56,360 bases of DNA from an uncultured Rikenellaceae bacterium (GTDB lineage: Bacteria; Bacteroidota; Bacteroidia; Bacteroidales; VadinHA17): contig CAZWUB010000002.1 in the NCBI GenBank assembly GCA_964637415.1, positions 15,385-71,744 of the forward strand, read 5' to 3'. Below the pieces are notes generated by a model that saw nothing but the letters and a program-made list of their open reading frames with translations, did no database searches and was not told the DNA's origin. Position numbers and translations under genes: made by a program. The first letter of the stretch is position 1. Every line of letters starts with the position of its first letter. Below, one piece after another: positions 20,072-30,800 of this stretch.

Positions 20072-20785
20072 TTACTGTATATCGCTTACAAGAATGTCAT
20101 TTTTAATAAAAGGTATTTTTCTTGTATAATCGGCAGTAAGGCAAAAATCAATACAATCATCGAGACCGTTCATCTTCAGTCTGTTCCTGTGAGCAGCTTT
20201 TTCAATATACCCTCTGAGATCCTTTTTCGCCATTAACCACAGATCCGTCGCGGCTAATGTTGAATCACAGATTGTCGAAAACCGCGAACTGTTTAACAGT
20301 CTTTCAGCAAATGCTCCGGCGCAGACAGAATCTTCGAGATTGAACCTGTTTTTCCATCCGGCACAGAAAAGGAGTACATTTTCATCATGTGAAATGAGCC
20401 AGTCACACAGGGAAGTTATATTAAGAAATGATCCGATTACAATACGCCCGGCGGAAGAAGCCTTTCTGATAATACCAGTACCATTTGTTGTGCTGTAAAC
20501 AATTGTTTTACCCTGAATATTTTCGCGTGAGAAATTAAACGGCGAATTTCCCAGATCGGCAAAATCCAGTATTATGCCATCGCGTTCAGCTGCAACAAGA
20601 AATCCCCTTTTTTTATATGCTCTTGCCTCTTCCACCCCTGCAACAGGAATTATTGATTCGGCTCCGTGTTCAAAAGCAGTACAGATAGATGATGTGGCAC
20701 GAAAAATATCAATTATAACGACAGTTGATCCCGTATGAAGTCCGGGTTCAAATAAGGCAGGAGTAAAACAGGTTTCGAGTTTCAA
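20072..20785 (-). CDS. 2-phosphosulfolactate phosphatase family protein (ComB-like)
   Basis: 237-aa ORF with the ComB-family pattern (VVIIDIFRATSSI, NSPF, YSTTNGT). Confidence 0.75.
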   Translation of the reverse strand: MKLETCFTPALFEPGLHTGSTVVIIDIFRATSSICTAFEHGAESIIPVAGVEEARAYKKRGFLVAAERDGIILDFADLGNSPFNFSRENIQGKTIVYSTTNGTGIIRKASSAGRIVIGSFLNITSLCDWLISHDENVLLFCAGWKNRFNLEDSVCAGAFAERLLNSSRFSTICDSTLAATDLWLMAKKDLRGYIEKAAHRNRLKMNGLDDCIDFCLTADYTRKIPFIKNDILVSDIQ

Positions 20786-20795
20786 TGTTTCCAGG

Positions 20796-21899
20796 TTATA
20801 ATTTAATAAACGGCGTATTTACCACCTTTGCCTTCAGGTCCTTGTTCCTGATCCTTATAAATATTTCCGTATCAGGTTTCCAGAATCCCTTTGCAAGATA
20901 TCCCATCCCTATACCCTGTTTAAGCATTGGTGACATTGTTCCCGAAGTCACCTCTCCTATTACATTTCCGGACTGATCAACAACTTCATAATGCTGACGT
21001 GGTATTCCCCGGTCAATCATCACGAATCCCTTTAATCTCCTTTCAACTCCTTCGGTTTTTTGTTTGAGAAGGAGTTCTTTATCAATAAAATTCTTTGTAT
21101 CAGTGAATTTTGTTATCCAGCCAAGGCCTGCTTCAACAGGCGAGGTCTGGTCATTAATGTCATTACCGTAAAGGCAATATCCCATTTCGAGTCTCAGTGT
21201 ATCACGGGCTCCCAACCCTGCCGGTTTAATACCGGCATCTCTGCCGGCATCAAAAACAGCATTCCAGAGTTTCGGACCATCTTCATTTCTAATGTAGATC
21301 TCGCATCCTCCGGCTCCTGTATAACCTGTAGTTGAAAACAGAGCATCCTTTATTCCTGCAATATCAAGCTCACAGAATGTGTAATACTCCATCCCGGTAA
21401 TTTCAGTCCCCGTAAGTTTCTGAACAATTTCCAGAGCCAGAGGTCCCTGTATTGCAAGCTGTGCAATATTGTCTGATGCATTAGCCAAGTCTTTTCCCGG
21501 TACGATTCCGAACTCACCTGCATTCAGGACACACCAGTTCCAGTCTTTCTCAATATTTGCAGCATTTACTACAAGGAGGTACTTCCAGCGGTTATAGCGG
21601 TAAACAAGGAGATCGTCGACAATACCGCCTTTACCGTTAGGGAAGCAGGTGTATTGTACCTTCCCGTCGGTAAGAGTCTCAACATCGTTCGAAGTAATAT
21701 ACTGAAGGTAATCGAAGGCATTTGGCCCGGTTACGAAGAATTCTCCCATATGTGATACATCGAAGACCCCTGCTTTCTCCCTTACAGTCATATGTTCATC
21801 GTTAATGCCGGAATATTCCACCGGCATATTATATCCGGCAAAAGGAACCATTTTGGCTCCTGCTGCCTGGTGAATTGAAGTAAATGGTGTGTTTTTCAT
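20796..21899 (-). CDS. gcvT: glycine cleavage system aminomethyltransferase T
   Basis: GcvT pattern ([33 protein letters not shown]). I place the start at the ATG at 21897-21899 (MKNTPF). The longer ORF-track start at 21995 would overlap the upstream OmpA-family gene. Confidence 0.9.
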   Translation of the reverse strand: MKNTPFTSIHQAAGAKMVPFAGYNMPVEYSGINDEHMTVREKAGVFDVSHMGEFFVTGPNAFDYLQYITSNDVETLTDGKVQYTCFPNGKGGIVDDLLVYRYNRWKYLLVVNAANIEKDWNWCVLNAGEFGIVPGKDLANASDNIAQLAIQGPLALEIVQKLTGTEITGMEYYTFCELDIAGIKDALFSTTGYTGAGGCEIYIRNEDGPKLWNAVFDAGRDAGIKPAGLGARDTLRLEMGYCLYGNDINDQTSPVEAGLGWITKFTDTKNFIDKELLLKQKTEGVERRLKGFVMIDRGIPRQHYEVVDQSGNVIGEVTSGTMSPMLKQGIGMGYLAKGFWKPDTEIFIRIRNKDLKAKVVNTPFIKL

Positions 21900-21906
21900 G
21901 GTTTTT

Positions 21907-24039
21907 TCAAAACTCAAGTATTTTAAATTCAACTCTTCTGTTGCGCGCTCTTCCTTCTGTTGTTTTATTATCCGCGATAGGCTGCTGAGGGCCAAAGCCC
22001 TTAAATTCCAGACGATCCTGATCCACCCCTTTCTGAATCAGATATTCCACAACAGCTTTTGCCCTGTCTTCTGAAAGCTTCGAGTTCAGGGCAAGACTAC
22101 CAGTATTATCAGTATGCCCGGATATTTCTATTCTCATAAGCGGATTATCTTTCAGTATCCCGAGCAGACGGTCCAGTTCGGCATAGGAACCTGTTGTAAG
22201 GATCGCCTTGCCTGTCTGGAAAAGAATATTGTTAAGGACAACTTTTTTGCCCACTTTCACTTTGATAAGAGGCATATCGAGAGTATAAAATTCTTTGGAA
22301 TAAGACTCCGGAATGTCAATTCTCTTCATTTCTGAAAGGAATCCGGTACCGCGAAAGTCGACCATAAAGGACTTTTTTTCCGGAAGCCTGACTCTGTAAG
22401 TGCCATCCACATCAGAGCTGGCTGTTGTTGAAATAACAACATCAGTTGATAGATCGATAACATCTATTTTCGCCAATACAGGTTCTCCTGTTTCAGAGTC
22501 CTGAACTTTTCCGGTGAGATACAGTACTAATTCCGGTGTTTCCGGCACAATAACAGGTGCCGGCGTGACCTCTCTGATAACAACTACAGTATCTTTAACA
22601 ATAATAGTCTCAGGCTTAACCGGCTGGGTTTCGATTATTATTTTCTGTACAACAGTATCAGGCGGATTAATCTTTACGGGTTCAGGTTCAGCGATAATTA
22701 CCGGAGGCAGCCTTCTGCCGTGAAATATATCAAGTCCGCCCATTGTTCCTTTCCTGTTGGATGCAAGGTAGAATGCACCCTTATTGTTCTTGTCGGGATT
22801 ATAAAAAAGTTCATCCCATGGGGTATTAACAGGATAACCGCAGTTCACTGCCTTTGTCCACGACCCTGTTGAATCCCTTACGCTATAAAATATATCATAT
22901 CCGCCGACTGAATTGTGTCCGGTCGAACTGAACCATAAAGTATCTCCGCGTTCCGAAAACCTGACTGACTCCTCATCAAGCGGTGAATTAACGCCCGCAC
23001 CGGCATTTTCGGGTTTTGACCATTTGAAATCAGGTGTTTTCTTCATGAAATATATATCCTTTCCCCCGAGACTGTTCTTACCTTTTGTTGTAACATACCA
23101 TACCTCATTACCTGAAGGTGAAAAAGTAAATGATGTTTCGGACCCTCCTGTATTGATCTTGAATGGAGGCTGTTCAGGAGCTTTCCATACCCCCTTCTTC
23201 TTTACTGAAAGTTTAATATCCCCACCGTTCTGATAACCTGAATATACATATAGCTCTTCTCCTGAAGGGCTAAGGTAAAGAGGAGTTTCGCAGTAATTGG
23301 TATTCACTGCTCCGGCTGCTGAAGAAGCTGAGACCCAGTCATTATTCAGTCGTGTTGAAACGAAGATATTTTCATCAAATTTACCATCGACAAGGGAAAG
23401 GCTCGATCGTGAGACCTCACGTCTTGTGGCGAAATACAGAGTATTAAAATCGGACGAAAAAACAAGGGAATAATCATCGGCAAAAGAGTTCAGATTTGAC
23501 CCTGCATTTCGTATTTCAACATTAAGAGTATCTTTTAAAAGCTCCAGCGCAGAATTACATTCCCCGAGATATTTACCGGCATCGGAAATGTTTTCCTTCG
23601 TTTTTTGTACAGCCGAGTTCAGATAATCATTAAGCATTGTAATTGCCTCATCATATCTGCCGGCATACTGCAGGGCTCTGCCTGTCATCAGAAGCAAATC
23701 ATCCGTGAGCTCCTTATCCATTGAATATGTTTTCAGCAAGAAATCTGCTGCCTTCTCCCTGTTATCGGAATTAAGGGCTGCGACACCGGTTTTGTAGTTA
23801 AGAGCAGGATTGGCGTCGTTATATACCATTGCTTTAATGTAATCATCATAGGCGCTCCCATACCAAACTGAGCGCTCCTTAAAATAATCATTGCCCGTAG
23901 ATACATAGCTCCATGCCTCTTTAAAACCTTCTTTTACGGTTTTAAACTCTTTTTTGCGGATTTTTATATCCGTCTGAGCCTCACTATATGAGGCATTCAT
24001 CAACAGCAGAATAATAACGGAAATTAATTGGCTCTTCAT
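21907..24039 (-). CDS. OmpA-family protein with TPR, TolB-like beta-propeller and C-terminal OmpA domain
   Basis: C-terminal OmpA-like peptidoglycan-binding motif ([10 protein letters not shown]...[12 protein letters not shown]..., NRRVEF). TolB/WD40-like repeats in the middle. I prefer the start at [22 protein letters not shown] (signal peptide, ATG 24037-24039). Confidence 0.85.
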   Translation of the reverse strand: MKSQLISVIILLLMNASYSEAQTDIKIRKKEFKTVKEGFKEAWSYVSTGNDYFKERSVWYGSAYDDYIKAMVYNDANPALNYKTGVAALNSDNREKAADFLLKTYSMDKELTDDLLLMTGRALQYAGRYDEAITMLNDYLNSAVQKTKENISDAGKYLGECNSALELLKDTLNVEIRNAGSNLNSFADDYSLVFSSDFNTLYFATRREVSRSSLSLVDGKFDENIFVSTRLNNDWVSASSAAGAVNTNYCETPLYLSPSGEELYVYSGYQNGGDIKLSVKKKGVWKAPEQPPFKINTGGSETSFTFSPSGNEVWYVTTKGKNSLGGKDIYFMKKTPDFKWSKPENAGAGVNSPLDEESVRFSERGDTLWFSSTGHNSVGGYDIFYSVRDSTGSWTKAVNCGYPVNTPWDELFYNPDKNNKGAFYLASNRKGTMGGLDIFHGRRLPPVIIAEPEPVKINPPDTVVQKIIIETQPVKPETIIVKDTVVVIREVTPAPVIVPETPELVLYLTGKVQDSETGEPVLAKIDVIDLSTDVVISTTASSDVDGTYRVRLPEKKSFMVDFRGTGFLSEMKRIDIPESYSKEFYTLDMPLIKVKVGKKVVLNNILFQTGKAILTTGSYAELDRLLGILKDNPLMRIEISGHTDNTGSLALNSKLSEDRAKAVVEYLIQKGVDQDRLEFKGFGPQQPIADNKTTEGRARNRRVEFKILEF

Positions 24040-24143
24040 AGATTGCAGTTTTTCACACCTTAAAATTAATATTAATTTAACTTTTACAAAACAATACATA
24101 TCTGTCGCAGTCAATGGTCATTAGGTTTCGAATAAAAATATTT

Positions 24144-24151
24144 TATATTTG
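24144..24151 (+). promoter_or_regulatory. candidate -7 box TATATTTG upstream of the Hpt-STAS pair
   Basis: Matches TAnnTTTG, about 40 nt before the ATG. Confidence 0.35.
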
Positions 24152-24193
24152 TGACTCTGTGAATTCGCAAAAATTGATAAAAATTTCTGCTAA

Positions 24194-24556
24194 ATGAATT
24201 ACAATTACATCAATACTGAATATCTCGATTCGGTATCAGACGGAAATATTGAGATAATGGCGGAATTAGTAAACATGTTCAGGGATCAGGTTGCCGAAAC
24301 AGTAACTGAAATGAAATCCCTGTTTGAGAAAAAGGATTACTATTCGCTTGGCTTACTGGCACATAAAGCAAAATCATCAGTACTGATAATGGGGATGAAC
24401 GATCTCGGGGCTCTGTTAAAGACCTTTGAGCTTCAGGCCAGGGAAGGAGCAGAAACTGATAAATATGAGTCCTATATTAACCGGTTTGATCACGACACAG
24501 GTGAAGCAGTAAAAGAGCTTGATGATGTTGTTAATAACAGGTTAACAAAAAAATGA
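24194..24556 (+). CDS. Hpt (histidine phosphotransfer) domain protein
   Basis: 120-aa helical ORF with an Hpt-type motif, LLAHKAKSSVLIMGM. Confidence 0.7.
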   Translation: MNYNYINTEYLDSVSDGNIEIMAELVNMFRDQVAETVTEMKSLFEKKDYYSLGLLAHKAKSSVLIMGMNDLGALLKTFELQAREGAETDKYESYINRFDHDTGEAVKELDDVVNNRLTKK

Positions 24557-24895
24557 ATGATAAATATTGAGAAGCGAAACAAGGTTGATATTATTTCATT
24601 CAATGTTGATAAAATAAATGCTCTTATCGCTGATGATCTGAAGAATGATATCATCAGGATTCTTGACAATACAAATCCGAGAGTAGTTTTAAATCTTAAG
24701 GGTGTCCGTTATATAGACAGCACAGGATTCGGGTGTTTTCTTTCTGTTTATAAAGCAGCCAGAAACAATTATGGCTCCATGAAATTCGCATGTCCCGAAC
24801 CCGCAATAGTAAGATTGTTAGAAACACTGAATCTCAATACGATATTCGAGATATTCGATGATCTGGAAGATTGTATTAAATCGTTCAGGGTTTAG
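24557..24895 (+). CDS. STAS-domain anti-sigma-factor antagonist-like protein
   Basis: 112-aa ORF with SpoIIAA/RsbV-like layout and YIDSTGFG phospho-acceptor context. The ATG directly abuts the Hpt TGA. Confidence 0.85.
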   Translation: MINIEKRNKVDIISFNVDKINALIADDLKNDIIRILDNTNPRVVLNLKGVRYIDSTGFGCFLSVYKAARNNYGSMKFACPEPAIVRLLETLNLNTIFEIFDDLEDCIKSFRV

Positions 24896-24996
24896 GGTTT
24901 AGGGTTCCAGATTCCAGATTCCAGATTCCAGAGCGCAGATTGAGGAGCAAAGCGACGAAATCCCGCAACGCGGGAGCACAGAGCTCAGAGTTCAGG
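24884..24996. repeat. 7-nt-phased tandem repeat block (TTCAGGG, TTTAGGG x2, TTCCAGA x4, then degenerate nnnnCAG units) with embedded hairpin
   Basis: Read directly. It fills the convergent gap between the STAS gene and clpB. Hairpin TCCCGC-AAC-GCGGGA at 24961-24975. Confidence 0.85.
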
Positions 24997-25006
24997 AAAC
25001 CGATAG

Positions 25007-27604
25007 TCAAGGCTTATAGGATGCAAACTTCAGACTGCCATTTTCTACTGAAATTCTTACGACTGAATCCTTAGAAACATTTCCGGCAATCATCTCTTTG
25101 GACAATTCGTTTACCAGTTCCTTCTGAATCAAACGTTTAACAGGTCTTGCCCCGGACTGCGGGTCAAAGCCATGATCAGCGATCCAATCAACAGCTTCTT
25201 CAGAAACATCCAGTTCCATATTATAGCCTGAAAGAAGCTTTCGCAGATTTCCAAGCTGCATTTCAACAATTTCCTTTATCTGTTCAATATTCAGGGGATG
25301 GAACATGACTATTTCGTCAATCCTGTTCAGGAACTCAGGTCTTAGAGATCGTCTGAGTAATGAAAAGATCTCTTTTCTCAGTTCTTCTTCCTCTTTTTCA
25401 GGCATATTATTATTCCATTTTTCCATTCGGTCCCTTATAATTTCTGAACCGATATTTGAGGTCATAATAATTATCACGTTCCTGAAGTTGATCGTACGGC
25501 CTTTATTATCAGTCAGCCTGCCCTCATCAAGCACCTGTAGAAGAAGGTTAAAAAGATCAGGATGAGCTTTTTCTATCTCATCGAGCAATACAACCGAATA
25601 GGGCTTATGTCGCACTGCTTCAGTCAGCTGGCCACCCTCATCATATCCCACATATCCGGGAGGTGCACCTATAAGTCTTGATACAGAATGTCTTTCCTGG
25701 TATTCCGACATATCGATACGTGTCATCAGGTTTTCATCATTAAAAAGGAATTCAGCAAGAGCTCTTGCAAGTTCAGTCTTACCAACTCCTGTTGTTCCGA
25801 TAAATATGAATGATCCCACAGGTTTTTTCTGATCCTGCAATCCTGCACGGGATCTTCTCACAGCATCAGAAACAGCCCGGATAGCTTCTTCCTGGCCAAC
25901 CACTCTTTTATGAAGCTCATCTTCGAGTCTTAATAATTTCGCCTTTTCACTTTCGAGCATTCTCGAAACCGGAATTCCTGTCCATTTTGATACTATTTCA
26001 GCAATATCTTCCGATCTTACTTCCTCCTGTACCAGTGATCCTTTTTTCCGCTTCTTCTCTATCTGTTCCTTAAGTTCTGCTATTTCTTTCTCAACAACTG
26101 CAATCCTGCCATATCGTATTTCTGCAACTTTCCCATAGTCACCCGCTCTTTCAGCATTATCGGCGTCAAATCTAAGGGAATCGACTTCTTCCTTTTTTGC
26201 CTGAACCTTTTCAATAATATCTTTTTCAGTGTTCCACGCGGCATTCAGTTCGTTCCGTTTAGCCTGCATTTCGGCAAGTTCCCCGGATATCTGATCTTCC
26301 TTATCCTTATCACCATCCCTCCTTACAGCCTCTTTTTCAATCTCAAGTCTGGTTATTGTTCTGTTGGCTTCATCAATCTCATCGGGTACAGAATTCATTT
26401 CCAGCCTTAACTTAGCAGCAGCTTCATCAATTAAGTCAATAGCTTTATCAGGAAGGAACCTGTCAGTTATATATCTGGTTGACAGGTCAACTGCAGCAAT
26501 TATTGCTTCATCCCTTATAATAACCTTGTGGTGAGCTTCATATTTTTCGCGGATACCACGGAGTATTGATATTGAATCCTCCCTGTCGGGCTCATCGATC
26601 ATAACAACCTGGAATCTCCTTTCGAGAGCTTTATCCTTTTCGAAATATTTCTGATATTCATTGAATGTAGTAGCACCGATTGCCCTCAGTTCACCTCTTG
26701 CAAGAGCAGGTTTGAGGATGTTTGCCGCATCCATTGCTCCTTCTGATTTACCTGCTCCCACAAGGGTATGAATCTCATCAATGAACAATACTATTTCACC
26801 GCTTGAGCTAATTACCTCATTAACAACAGACTTAAGACGTTCTTCAAATTCACCCTTATACTTTGCACCTGCTATCAGAGCGCCCATATCGAGTGAATAA
26901 ATAATTTTTGATTTCAGGTCCTGAGGCACATCCCCACGTACTATCCTGTGAGCGATACCCTCTGCGATTGCTGTTTTACCGACTCCCGGCTCTCCTATCA
27001 TAAGGGGATTATTCTTTGTCCGGCGCTCCAGTATCTGAAGTATTCTCCGTATTTCATCATCCCTTCCTACAACAGGATCGAGCTTACCCGACCGGGCTCT
27101 TTCATTGAGATTCACTGCATACCTCCCGAGTGAATTGAATGTATCGTCTGAAGTCTGGTTATCGACTTTTGCTCCCTTCCGTAATTCTTCTATTGCTGCT
27201 TTCAGAGCTTTCAATGTGACTCCATGATCCCTGAGTATATCCGAAGTTTCATCCCTGATCCCCATAATTCCCATAAGCAGGTGTTCAGGAGTTATAAACT
27301 TATCCTTCATGCCGGTGGCATGATCGCCCGCCTTACGGAAGGCATCCTGGAGGTTTGAAGATATATATGACTCTGCTCCCGATACTTTCGGATAGGAATT
27401 GATGAGTTTCTCAATATCACGGTTTAAAAGACTTATATCTAACCCTATTTTACCAAAAAGGAAATCAGTGATACTTTCTGCTTCGCTCATTATTCCCTTC
27501 AGCATATGGGCACATTCAACAGCCTGCTGACCTTTCCCTGACGCTATGTTAAAGGCTTTCTGAACAGACTCCTGAGCTTTTAATGTATAATTGCTGAAAT
27601 TCAT
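25007..27604 (-). CDS. clpB: ATP-dependent chaperone ClpB
   Basis: 865-aa ORF with two AAA+ modules ([21 protein letters not shown]), a long middle coiled coil and a Clp N domain. Confidence 0.95.
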   Translation of the reverse strand: MNFSNYTLKAQESVQKAFNIASGKGQQAVECAHMLKGIMSEAESITDFLFGKIGLDISLLNRDIEKLINSYPKVSGAESYISSNLQDAFRKAGDHATGMKDKFITPEHLLMGIMGIRDETSDILRDHGVTLKALKAAIEELRKGAKVDNQTSDDTFNSLGRYAVNLNERARSGKLDPVVGRDDEIRRILQILERRTKNNPLMIGEPGVGKTAIAEGIAHRIVRGDVPQDLKSKIIYSLDMGALIAGAKYKGEFEERLKSVVNEVISSSGEIVLFIDEIHTLVGAGKSEGAMDAANILKPALARGELRAIGATTFNEYQKYFEKDKALERRFQVVMIDEPDREDSISILRGIREKYEAHHKVIIRDEAIIAAVDLSTRYITDRFLPDKAIDLIDEAAAKLRLEMNSVPDEIDEANRTITRLEIEKEAVRRDGDKDKEDQISGELAEMQAKRNELNAAWNTEKDIIEKVQAKKEEVDSLRFDADNAERAGDYGKVAEIRYGRIAVVEKEIAELKEQIEKKRKKGSLVQEEVRSEDIAEIVSKWTGIPVSRMLESEKAKLLRLEDELHKRVVGQEEAIRAVSDAVRRSRAGLQDQKKPVGSFIFIGTTGVGKTELARALAEFLFNDENLMTRIDMSEYQERHSVSRLIGAPPGYVGYDEGGQLTEAVRHKPYSVVLLDEIEKAHPDLFNLLLQVLDEGRLTDNKGRTINFRNVIIIMTSNIGSEIIRDRMEKWNNNMPEKEEEELRKEIFSLLRRSLRPEFLNRIDEIVMFHPLNIEQIKEIVEMQLGNLRKLLSGYNMELDVSEEAVDWIADHGFDPQSGARPVKRLIQKELVNELSKEMIAGNVSKDSVVRISVENGSLKFASYKP

Positions 27605-27886
27605 AATTGTATAGTTTTTAAAGGTGGTCTCAAATTATCTGCCAGTAAAGGATGAGGGACTTTTTGACACTAAAAAAAGTGCAGATTATGTCAATATGGC
27701 AATTAATTACAGATGCCGGGGAAGATTTATATGAGCCTGTAAGCTGCAATTAGTTCGGTAAAATGTGAAACCCTTGCCTCAAATCTTCGTTTAAAGGGTT
27801 ATGTGGAATGGATATTCGCTGGCTTCATATTGATAATTAACCAAATACAAATAATTAATCTTCAAATAAATTCCGTCTGAAACTGA

Positions 27887-30800
27887 ATGAGTGAAAAGAT
27901 ACTTGAAATCCTGATGCAATTATTTGCAATTATTGCCAAGCCTCAGGCCGACGACAGTGAAAGACGGGGTGTTGTAGAAGCTTTTCTTAACAGGACAATA
28001 AGCCAGGACCTGATTAAGGTTTACCTTGCTAAATATGACGAGGCGTATGAAGAGGCAAAGAAACGTCTTGAAAGGGTGAGCCCCAAGCGTCGTGAAGGCG
28101 CCATTGCTGTGAGGATATGGAGGTTATGTGTTGAGATCAATGAGCAGGGCAGGCTTGATCATGAACAAAGGATTTTCGCTGTTATCCAGGCACTTGAATT
28201 TTGTAAATCGGGCGACAGGGAGATCAGTGAAATGGAACTTGGTTTTATCAGAACGCTTGCAGAAGGTCTGAATATAAAAAAGGAAGAATATTCACTTATT
28301 GAGGTCTTTGTTCTCAGTCATTTTTCGGAGATTCCTGATTCACCGAATTTTCTGCTTATTGACGGTAATAAATCGGCCGTTCTGAAAGAAACCAAGCATA
28401 TTTATAAAGAACTGCTGAGAGGTCAGATATGGGTTTTGTATATACCTTCGGTGAACATATATTTTCTGAGATACCAGGGGTCAGGGGAGCTGAGCATGAG
28501 TGTTCAGCTTTTGCGCGAGGATAAAGTGTATCCCTTCAGCGAGGGTTCATCAATAAGGGGATATAAGTTAAAGCCGATCTATTACTGGGATGTCACGATG
28601 CAATTCCTTATGGAGGAATTCCAGTCATCAAGAGTGGTTTATGAAGTCAGGAATCTTGAATACAGATTTAAGAGCGGAGAAGTCGGCATTCATCACGTGA
28701 GCTTTAAGGCGGAATCCGGCAGGATGGTAGGTATTATGGGAGCCAGCGGCGCCGGCAAATCAACTCTTCTGAGTGTTCTGAATGGCTCAAATCAGCCATC
28801 GGACGGTGAGGTTCTCATAAACGGAGTAAATATCTACAGGGATAAAGAAAAGATCAAAGGGCTTATCGGCTTTGTATCTCAGGATGACCTTCTTATTGAA
28901 GAACTTACTGTATTTGAGAACCTGTATTACAATGCAAAGCTATGTTTCGGAAATATCAATGACAGTGAGGTTGTTGAGAGGGTTGATAATGTTCTGAAGA
29001 ACCTTGGTCTGTATGAGATCAGGAACATGAAAGTCGGAACCCCGCTGAACAAGAAGATAAGCGGGGGGCAAAGGAAAAGACTGAATATTTCACTGGAGCT
29101 GATCCGTGAACCATCTATCCTTTTCCTCGATGAACCAACATCCGGGCTGTCTTCACGCGACTCTGAAAACATACTGGATCTGCTTAAAGACATGACACGC
29201 AAAGGGAAATTGCTGTTCATAGTCATCCACCAGCCCTCCTCAGATATCTTCAAGATGTTTGACAAGCTGATTATCCTTGATACAGGCGGATATCCGGTTT
29301 ACAACGGCAACCCGGTTGAGTCGATCGATTATTTCAAGAAAAAAATAGAACAGACGAATTGCAACGAAAGTGAGTGTTACGTCTGTGGCAATGTAAATCC
29401 CGATCAGATCTTTAATATCCTGGAGACCAGGGTATATACTGAGAGCGGCCAGCCTACGGATACCAGGAGGATTTCTCCGGCAGACTGGTATAATCTTTAC
29501 AAATCGGAGAAGAAGGAAGATGAACTGGAACCCGGAGGGGCCATTCCTGAAATTAATTTTAAGATACCATGCAGGCTTAAACAGCTCATTGTTTTTATTA
29601 AGCGCGATATCCTCTCAAAGGTATCGGATATTCAATATCTGTTAATAACATTTTTTGAAGCACCTGTACTTGCTTTCTTTCTTGCCTACCTCATAAGGTA
29701 TTTTGATGAAAGTGACCCGAATCCCGGATATACATTGTATGAAAATGCAAATCTCCCGATATATATCTTCATGTCGGTGATAGTTGCTATTTTCATGGGA
29801 TTGACGGTTAGCGCCGAAGAGATTATCAAAGACAGAAAAATCCTTAAAAGGGAAGCGTTTCTGAATCTCAGCTGGAATAGTTACCTTATGTCGAAGGTTT
29901 TTGTTCAATTTGGCATTTCAGCCATTCAGGCCCTGACCTTTGTGCTTGTAGGAAACCATATTACAGGAATAAAAGGAATGCTTCCTGAGTACTGGCTTAT
30001 TCTGTTTACCTGCTGGGCAGGAGCAAATATGATGGGACTTGTAATCTCCGACAGCTTCAAGGCTGTAGTGACAATTTATATACTGATACCGTTCCTGGTC
30101 ATTCCGCAGATCATACTGAGCGGAGTCCTGGTAAAATTTGAAAAGCTCAATCCGAATGTTTCGTCACCCGTTTCCATTCCGTTCTATGGAGAAATGATCA
30201 CAGCGAGATGGGGATATGAAGCTCTGGCTGTCAAACAATTCAGGGATAACGAGTATGAAAAGCGGTTCTATGTCTACGACAAAGCAATGAGCCAGGCAAA
30301 GTTCAAAAAGGATTACCTTCATGCTGAACTAAAAGGGAGGCTTGAAAGTATTGCATCAGATATTGAAAGAGGTGTCATGAACGAAGATTCATACAGCAAG
30401 CTGAAGCTGGTCTATAACGAATTCACCAAGCAGGCTCATCAGACACCTGATCTGAAATTCAAATCCCTCGAATATCTTAAACCTGATAAGGTAAGTCCCG
30501 GAATAGTGGCTGATGCTCTCTCATATTGTGAGGATATGAGAAAATACTACGTAGCATACTCAAACAAAGCAAAAGAGAAAAAGGATGCCCTTATTTCGGG
30601 GCTTCAGTCGGAAAACAGCAAGGCATTCCTTGAACTCAGGGATAAGTATGCAAATGAAGCGCTTGAAGAATTTGTTGTGAACAAGAATGAAACTGAAAAA
30701 ATTATTGAATTCAGGGATGAGATAGTCCAGAAGCTTGATCCTATTTACATGAACCCTGAGCACAACTTTGTGAAAGCCCATTTTTATTCACCCGTCAAAC

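Noticed and set aside
21900-21995. Longer gcvT start (399-aa ORF-track version)
   Set aside because: The extra 32 codons overlap the 3-prime end of the OmpA-family gene and are not GcvT-like. The conserved N-terminus begins at MKNTPF.
24040-24114. Longer start of the OmpA-family ORF (MTATDMYCFVKV...)
   Set aside because: The downstream ATG at 24037-24039 gives a canonical signal peptide. The upstream extension is AT-rich promoter-like sequence.
24891-24904. TTTAGGG x2, identical to the plant-type telomere repeat
   Set aside because: There are only two copies, embedded in a bacterial intergenic array of other heptamers. I treat it as coincidence.
27605-27886. Heat-shock operator (CIRCE-like) or thermosensor upstream of clpB
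   Set aside because: There is no TTAGCACTC-N9-GAGTGCTAA-like inverted repeat. The only feature is a weak 7-bp AACCCTT/AAGGGTT stem with an 18-nt loop, which is not convincing.
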